30,940 nucleotides of DNA from IMG/VR virus record IMGVR_UViG_2684622670_000017; one strand, 5' to 3'. The stretch's first letter is position 1. The number at the start of each line of letters is the position of its first letter. Of the stretch, positions 26,544 through 30,940 are shown one piece after another. The DNA is from a virus (lineage: Duplodnaviria > Heunggongvirae > Uroviricota > Caudoviricetes). Below the pieces are notes generated by a model. It ran no database searches. It was not told the origin of the DNA and saw only the letters and a program-made list of their open reading frames with translations. The position numbers and the translations under genes were made by a program.

Positions 26544-28983
26544 CAATGTAAAATTACAGGTATTGCTCAGGGCTGTTGACCAGGCATCCCGCCCGTTTAA
26601 ATCCATCCGCACAGCGAGCAAGTCGCTGTCGGGGGATATCCGGGAAACACAAAAATCACTGCGCGAGCTGAACGGTCACGCATCCCGTATTGAGGGATTC
26701 CGCAAGACCAGTGCACAGCTCGCCGTGACTGGTCAGGAACTGAAAAAAGCCAGACAGGAAGCCGCAGCTCTGGCTGTCCAGTTTAAAAATACTGAACGAC
26801 CGACAAATGCACAGGCAAAGGCAATGGAAGCCGCGCGTAAAAATGCGTCTGAGTTACAGGCGAAATATAACAGCCTGAGATTGTCGGTACAGCGACAGCG
26901 TCAGGAGTTGAGTCAGGCGGGTATTAATACCCGTAATCTGGCGCATGATGAACGAGGGCTGAAAAACCGTATCAGTGAAACCACCGCACAGCTTAACCGT
27001 CAGCGTGACGCGCTGGCGCGTGTCAGTGCGCAACAGGCAAAACTTAACGCAGTAAAACAGCGTTATCAGGCAGGCAAGGAACTGGCCGGAAATATGGCCT
27101 CAGTAGGCGCTGCCGGTGTGGGGATTGCGGCGGCGGGAACGATGGCCGGAGTTAAGCTGCTGATGCCCGGTTATGAGTTTGCGCAGAAAAACTCAGAATT
27201 ACAGGCTGTGCTCGGAGTGGCAAAAGACTCCGCCGAAATGGCCGCGCTCCGCAAACAGGCGCGCCAGCTCGGCGACAATACCGCCGCCTCGGCGGATGAT
27301 GCAGCCGGTGCGCAGATTATCATTGCGAAAGCGGGTGGAGATGCTGCGGCTATTCAGGCGGCAACGCCGGTCACGCTGAATATGGCACTGGCGAATCAGC
27401 GGTCGATGGAAGAAAACGCGCAACTGTTGCTGGGGACTAAGGCATCCTTTCAACTGTCAAATGATGATGTCAGCCATGTGGGCGACGTGTTGTCGGCAAC
27501 GATGAATAAGTCGGCGGCTGATTTTCAGGGACTCAGTGATGCACTGACTTACCTCGGTCCGGTTGCGAGGACGGCAGGTGTAAGTCTTGAGCAGGCAGCG
27601 GCCATGACAGGTGTGCTGCATGACAATAACATCAGGGGGTCAATGGCGGGTACGGGTAGTAGTGCCGTTGTCACCCGATTACAGGCTCCGACAGGGAAAG
27701 CATGGGAAGCACTAAAAGAGCTTGGCGTTAAAACCTTGGACAAAAAGGGAAATATGCGTCCGTTGTTCACCATTCTGAAAGAGATTCAGGCCAGCTTTGA
27801 TAAACACAAGCTGGGAACGTCTCAGAAGGGGGAATACCTTAAAACCATTTTTGGTGAGGAAGCACTGAAATCAGCGAACGTTTTACTGGCAGCGGCAGCA
27901 AGCGGAAAACTGGATAAGCTGACCGCCACGCTGAAAGCCTCGGACGGTAAAACGGAAGAGCTGGTTAAAATCATGCAGGATAACCTCGGTGGTGACTTTA
28001 AGGAGTTTCAGTCCGCTTATGAGGCGGTGGGGACTGACCTGTTTGACCAGCAGGAAGGCACACTGCGTAAGCTCACGCAGACGGCCACAAAGTATGTGTT
28101 AAAACTCGACGGCTGGATACAGAAAAACAAATCACTGGCGTCAACCATTGGCCTCATTGCCGGTGGCGCACTGGCGCTGACTGGTGTCATCGGTGCCATT
28201 GGCCTCGTAGCCTGGCCGGTTATCACCGGCATCAATGCCATCATCGCGGCAGCAGGCGCAATGGGGGCAATCTTCACGACGGTTGGTAGTGCCGTTATGA
28301 CGGCCATCGGGGCGATTAGCTGGCCGGTTGTGGCCGTGGTGGCCGCCATTGTCGCCGGGGCGTTACTTATCCGTAAATACTGGGAGCCTGTCAGCGCATT
28401 CTTTGGCGGTGTGGTTGAAGGGCTGAAAGCGGCATTTGCGCCGGTGGGGGAACTGTTCACGCCACTTAAACCGGTTTTTGACTGGCTGGGGGAAAAGTTA
28501 CAGGCCGCGTGGCAGTGGTTTAAAAACCTGATTGCCCCGGTTAAAGCCACCCAGGACACCCTGAACCGTTGCCGTGACACGGGCGTCATGTTCGGGCAGG
28601 CACTGGCTGACGCGTTGATGCTGCCGCTTAATGCGTTCAACAAACTGCGCAGTGGTATTGACTGGGTACTGGAAAAACTCGGTGTTATCAACAAAGAGTC
28701 AGACACACTTGACCAGACCGCCGCAAGGACTAATGCCGCCACGTATGGCACCGGTGGGTATATTCCGGCGACCAGCTCTTATGCAGGCTATCAGGCTTAT
28801 CAGCCGGTCACGGCACCGGCTGGCCGCTCTTATGTGGACCAGAGTAAAAACGAATATCACATCAGCCTGACCGGTGGTACTGCGCCGGGGACACAGTTTG
28901 ACCGCCAGTTACAGGATGCGCTCGAAAAATACGAGCGGGATAAACGTGCGCGCGCCCGTGCCAGCATGATGCATGACGGTTAA
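26536..28983 (+). CDS. T: Tail tape measure protein T
   Basis: 815 aa (same as P2 T): Ala/Gln-rich coiled-coil N-terminal part and a hydrophobic Gly/Ala-rich central segment typical of tape-measure proteins. Confidence 0.9.
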   Translation: MSNNVKLQVLLRAVDQASRPFKSIRTASKSLSGDIRETQKSLRELNGHASRIEGFRKTSAQLAVTGQELKKARQEAAALAVQFKNTERPTNAQAKAMEAARKNASELQAKYNSLRLSVQRQRQELSQAGINTRNLAHDERGLKNRISETTAQLNRQRDALARVSAQQAKLNAVKQRYQAGKELAGNMASVGAAGVGIAAAGTMAGVKLLMPGYEFAQKNSELQAVLGVAKDSAEMAALRKQARQLGDNTAASADDAAGAQIIIAKAGGDAAAIQAATPVTLNMALANQRSMEENAQLLLGTKASFQLSNDDVSHVGDVLSATMNKSAADFQGLSDALTYLGPVARTAGVSLEQAAAMTGVLHDNNIRGSMAGTGSSAVVTRLQAPTGKAWEALKELGVKTLDKKGNMRPLFTILKEIQASFDKHKLGTSQKGEYLKTIFGEEALKSANVLLAAAASGKLDKLTATLKASDGKTEELVKIMQDNLGGDFKEFQSAYEAVGTDLFDQQEGTLRKLTQTATKYVLKLDGWIQKNKSLASTIGLIAGGALALTGVIGAIGLVAWPVITGINAIIAAAGAMGAIFTTVGSAVMTAIGAISWPVVAVVAAIVAGALLIRKYWEPVSAFFGGVVEGLKAAFAPVGELFTPLKPVFDWLGEKLQAAWQWFKNLIAPVKATQDTLNRCRDTGVMFGQALADALMLPLNAFNKLRSGIDWVLEKLGVINKESDTLDQTAARTNAATYGTGGYIPATSSYAGYQAYQPVTAPAGRSYVDQSKNEYHISLTGGTAPGTQFDRQLQDALEKYERDKRARARASMMHDG

Positions 28984-28997
28984 GGAGGTGACGAAAA

Positions 28998-29477
28998 ATG
29001 ATGCTCGCGTTAGGTATGTTTGTTTTTATGCGCCAGACGCTGCCACACCAGACCATGCAGCGTGAATCAGATTATCGCTGGCCGTCAAATTCCCGTATCG
29101 GTAAACGGGATGCCTACCAGTTTCTCGGTGTGGGTGAGGAAAACATCACGCTTGCCGGTGTGCTTTATCCCGAACTGACCGGCGGCAAGCTGACGATGAC
29201 CACGCTCAGACTGATGGCAGAGGAAGGCCGGGCGTGGCCGTTGCTGGATGGCACCGGCATGATTTACGGCATGTATGTCATCAGCAGGGTGAGTGAAACA
29301 GGGAGTATTTTCTTTGCAGACGGCACACCCCGAAAAATTGATTTTACGCTGTCGCTCACCCGCGTTGATGAATCACTGGCCGCGCTTTATGGCGATATCG
29401 GTAAACAGGCGGAATCGCTCATCGGTAAGGCTGGCAGTATGGCGACCAGGTTCACGGGTATGACGGGGGCGGGATAA
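28998..29477 (+). CDS. U: Tail protein U
   Basis: 159 aa, same size and order as P2 U. Confidence 0.88.
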   Translation: MMLALGMFVFMRQTLPHQTMQRESDYRWPSNSRIGKRDAYQFLGVGEENITLAGVLYPELTGGKLTMTTLRLMAEEGRAWPLLDGTGMIYGMYVISRVSETGSIFFADGTPRKIDFTLSLTRVDESLAALYGDIGKQAESLIGKAGSMATRFTGMTGAG

Positions 29478-30640
29478 TGCTGGATGCGCTGACATTTGAT
29501 GCAGGCAGTACGCTGACGCCGGATTACATGCTGATGCTCGACAGCAGGGATATTACCGGCAATATCAGCGACCGTCTGATGAGCATGACCCTGACGGATA
29601 ACCGGGGCTTTGAGGCTGACCAGCTTGATATTGAACTGAACGATGCCGACGGGCAGGTCGGGCTACCGGTTCGTGGCGCTGTCATGACGGTGTATATCGG
29701 CTGGAAAGGTTTTGCCCTGGTATGCAAGGGGAAATTTACCGTTGATGAGGTTGAACACCGGGGCGCACCGGATGTGGTCACCATCCGCGCCCGGAGTGCA
29801 GATTTTCGCGGGACGCTCAATTCCCGCCGGGAAGGCTCATGGCATGACACCACGCTCGGTGCGATTGTTGAGGCGATAGCCTCCCGGAACAGGCTGGAAG
29901 CCAGTGTCGCTCCGTCACTGGCCGGAATTAAAATTCCGCACATCGACCAGTCGCAGGAGTCTGATGCGAAATTCCTGACCCGCCTTGCTGAACGCAACGG
30001 CGGTGAGGTGTCGGTAAAAATGGGAAAACTGCTGTTTCTCAAAGCGGGGCAGGGGGTGACGGCCAGCGGTAAAAAAATCCCGCAGATTACCATCACCCGC
30101 AGCGACGGCGACCGTCATCATTTTGCGATTGCTGACCGTGGAGCTTACACCGGCGTAACGGCAAAGTGGTTGCACACCAAAGACCCGAAGCCGCAAAAGC
30201 AGAAGGTAAAACTGAAACGCAAAAAGAAAGAAAAACACCTGCGCGCACTGGAGCACCCGAAAGCGAAACCGGTCACGCAGAAGAAAGCGCCAAAAGTACC
30301 GGAAGCGCGCGAAGGTGAATACATGGCCGGTGAGGCTGACAACGTTTTTGCCCTGACCACGGTATATGCCACGAAAGCGCAGGCCATGCGCGCCGCTCAG
30401 GCGAAGTGGGATAAGCTGCAACGGGGCGTTGCGGAGTTCTCCATCAGTCTGGCTACTGGTCGGGCAGATATTTACACGGAAACGCCGGTCAAAGTGGCAG
30501 GCTTTAAGCGCGTCATAGACGAGCAGGACTGGACAATCACTAAGGTGACACATTTTCTGAATAATAGCGGCTTCACGACGTCCTTAGAGCTTGAGGTCAG
30601 GCTTTCTGATGTGGAGTACGAAACAGAAGATGATGAGTGA
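29477..30640 (+). CDS. D: Tail protein D (late gene D)
   Basis: 387 aa, same size and order as P2 D. Confidence 0.9.
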   Translation: MLDALTFDAGSTLTPDYMLMLDSRDITGNISDRLMSMTLTDNRGFEADQLDIELNDADGQVGLPVRGAVMTVYIGWKGFALVCKGKFTVDEVEHRGAPDVVTIRARSADFRGTLNSRREGSWHDTTLGAIVEAIASRNRLEASVAPSLAGIKIPHIDQSQESDAKFLTRLAERNGGEVSVKMGKLLFLKAGQGVTASGKKIPQITITRSDGDRHHFAIADRGAYTGVTAKWLHTKDPKPQKQKVKLKRKKKEKHLRALEHPKAKPVTQKKAPKVPEAREGEYMAGEADNVFALTTVYATKAQAMRAAQAKWDKLQRGVAEFSISLATGRADIYTETPVKVAGFKRVIDEQDWTITKVTHFLNNSGFTTSLELEVRLSDVEYETEDDE

Positions 30641-30721
30641 TGTTTTTATTTTATCTGTTTGTTTTATAAGGATAAATTAAATAAAATGGCACCATCAACA
30701 AAACCGGAAGAGGTGCTCGCG

Positions 30722-30940
30722 ATGTTTCATTGTCCTTTATGCCAGCATGCCGCACATGCGCGTACAAGTCGCTATATCACTGACACGACAAAAGAGCGTT
30801 ATCACCAGTGCCAGAATGTGAATTGCAGCGCCACGTTCATCACTTATGAGTCGGTACAGCGATACATCGTGAAGCCGGGAGAAGTCCACGCCGTGAGGCC
30901 GCACCCGTTGCCGTCAGGGCAGCAAATTATGTGGATGTGA
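30722..30940 (+). CDS. ogr: Late gene transcriptional activator Ogr (zinc finger)
   Basis: 72 aa from the internal Met MFHCPLCQH; Cys-x2-Cys...Cys-x4-Cys zinc-finger pattern (CPLC...CQNVNC); GGAAGAGG ribosome-binding site; the stop codon is the last three bases of the window. Confidence 0.85.
   Translation: MFHCPLCQHAAHARTSRYITDTTKERYHQCQNVNCSATFITYESVQRYIVKPGEVHAVRPHPLPSGQQIMWM

Noticed and set aside
24352-30553. Antisense ORFs within FI, FII, T and D (for example 28017..28751, 29524..30096, 29915..30553)
   Set aside because: Same reasoning; encoded opposite to long, co-linear structural genes.
30659-30940. Longer 93-aa version of ogr starting at 30659
   Set aside because: The internal Met at 30722 has a good GGAAGAGG ribosome-binding site and gives the expected 72-aa zinc-finger protein; the upstream extension lies in AT-rich promoter-like sequence.
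1-30940. CRISPR arrays, tRNA/rRNA genes, IS elements or transposases
   Set aside because: No regularly spaced direct repeats, no cloverleaf-like tRNA candidates recognised by eye, and no transposase-like ORFs. The window is explained by phage genes plus one cargo cassette. A tRNA scan was not possible.

Overview
The window is a near-complete P2-like (Peduovirus-type) temperate myovirus genome in prophage orientation, running from the integrase (241..1251, -) to the late activator ogr (30722..30940, +). The early region is int / C repressor / cox / small ORFs / B-like / TraR-DksA zinc finger / replication initiator A. The 19-nt P2-type cohesive end GGCGAGGCGGGGAAAGCAC sits at 9764..9782. The late genes follow in canonical P2 order: Q and P on the minus strand, then O N M L X Y K lysA lysB lysC R S V W J I H G FI FII E/E' T U D ogr on the plus strand. 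The stand-out region is the hotspot between gene A and cos (6602..9763), where P2 itself carries orf91/tin/old. Here it holds a visibly AT-rich three-gene cassette: a C5-cytosine DNA methyltransferase (6724..7770, +) converging on a two-gene minus-strand operon encoding a DUF262/ParB-like protein (8479..9624) and a protein with a HEPN-like Rx4HG motif (7749..8468). I read this as a candidate, possibly undescribed, phage-borne defence or restriction-like system. All calls rest on reading the ORF translations, motifs and gene order; no database search was possible, and family names reflect recollection of P2 biology.
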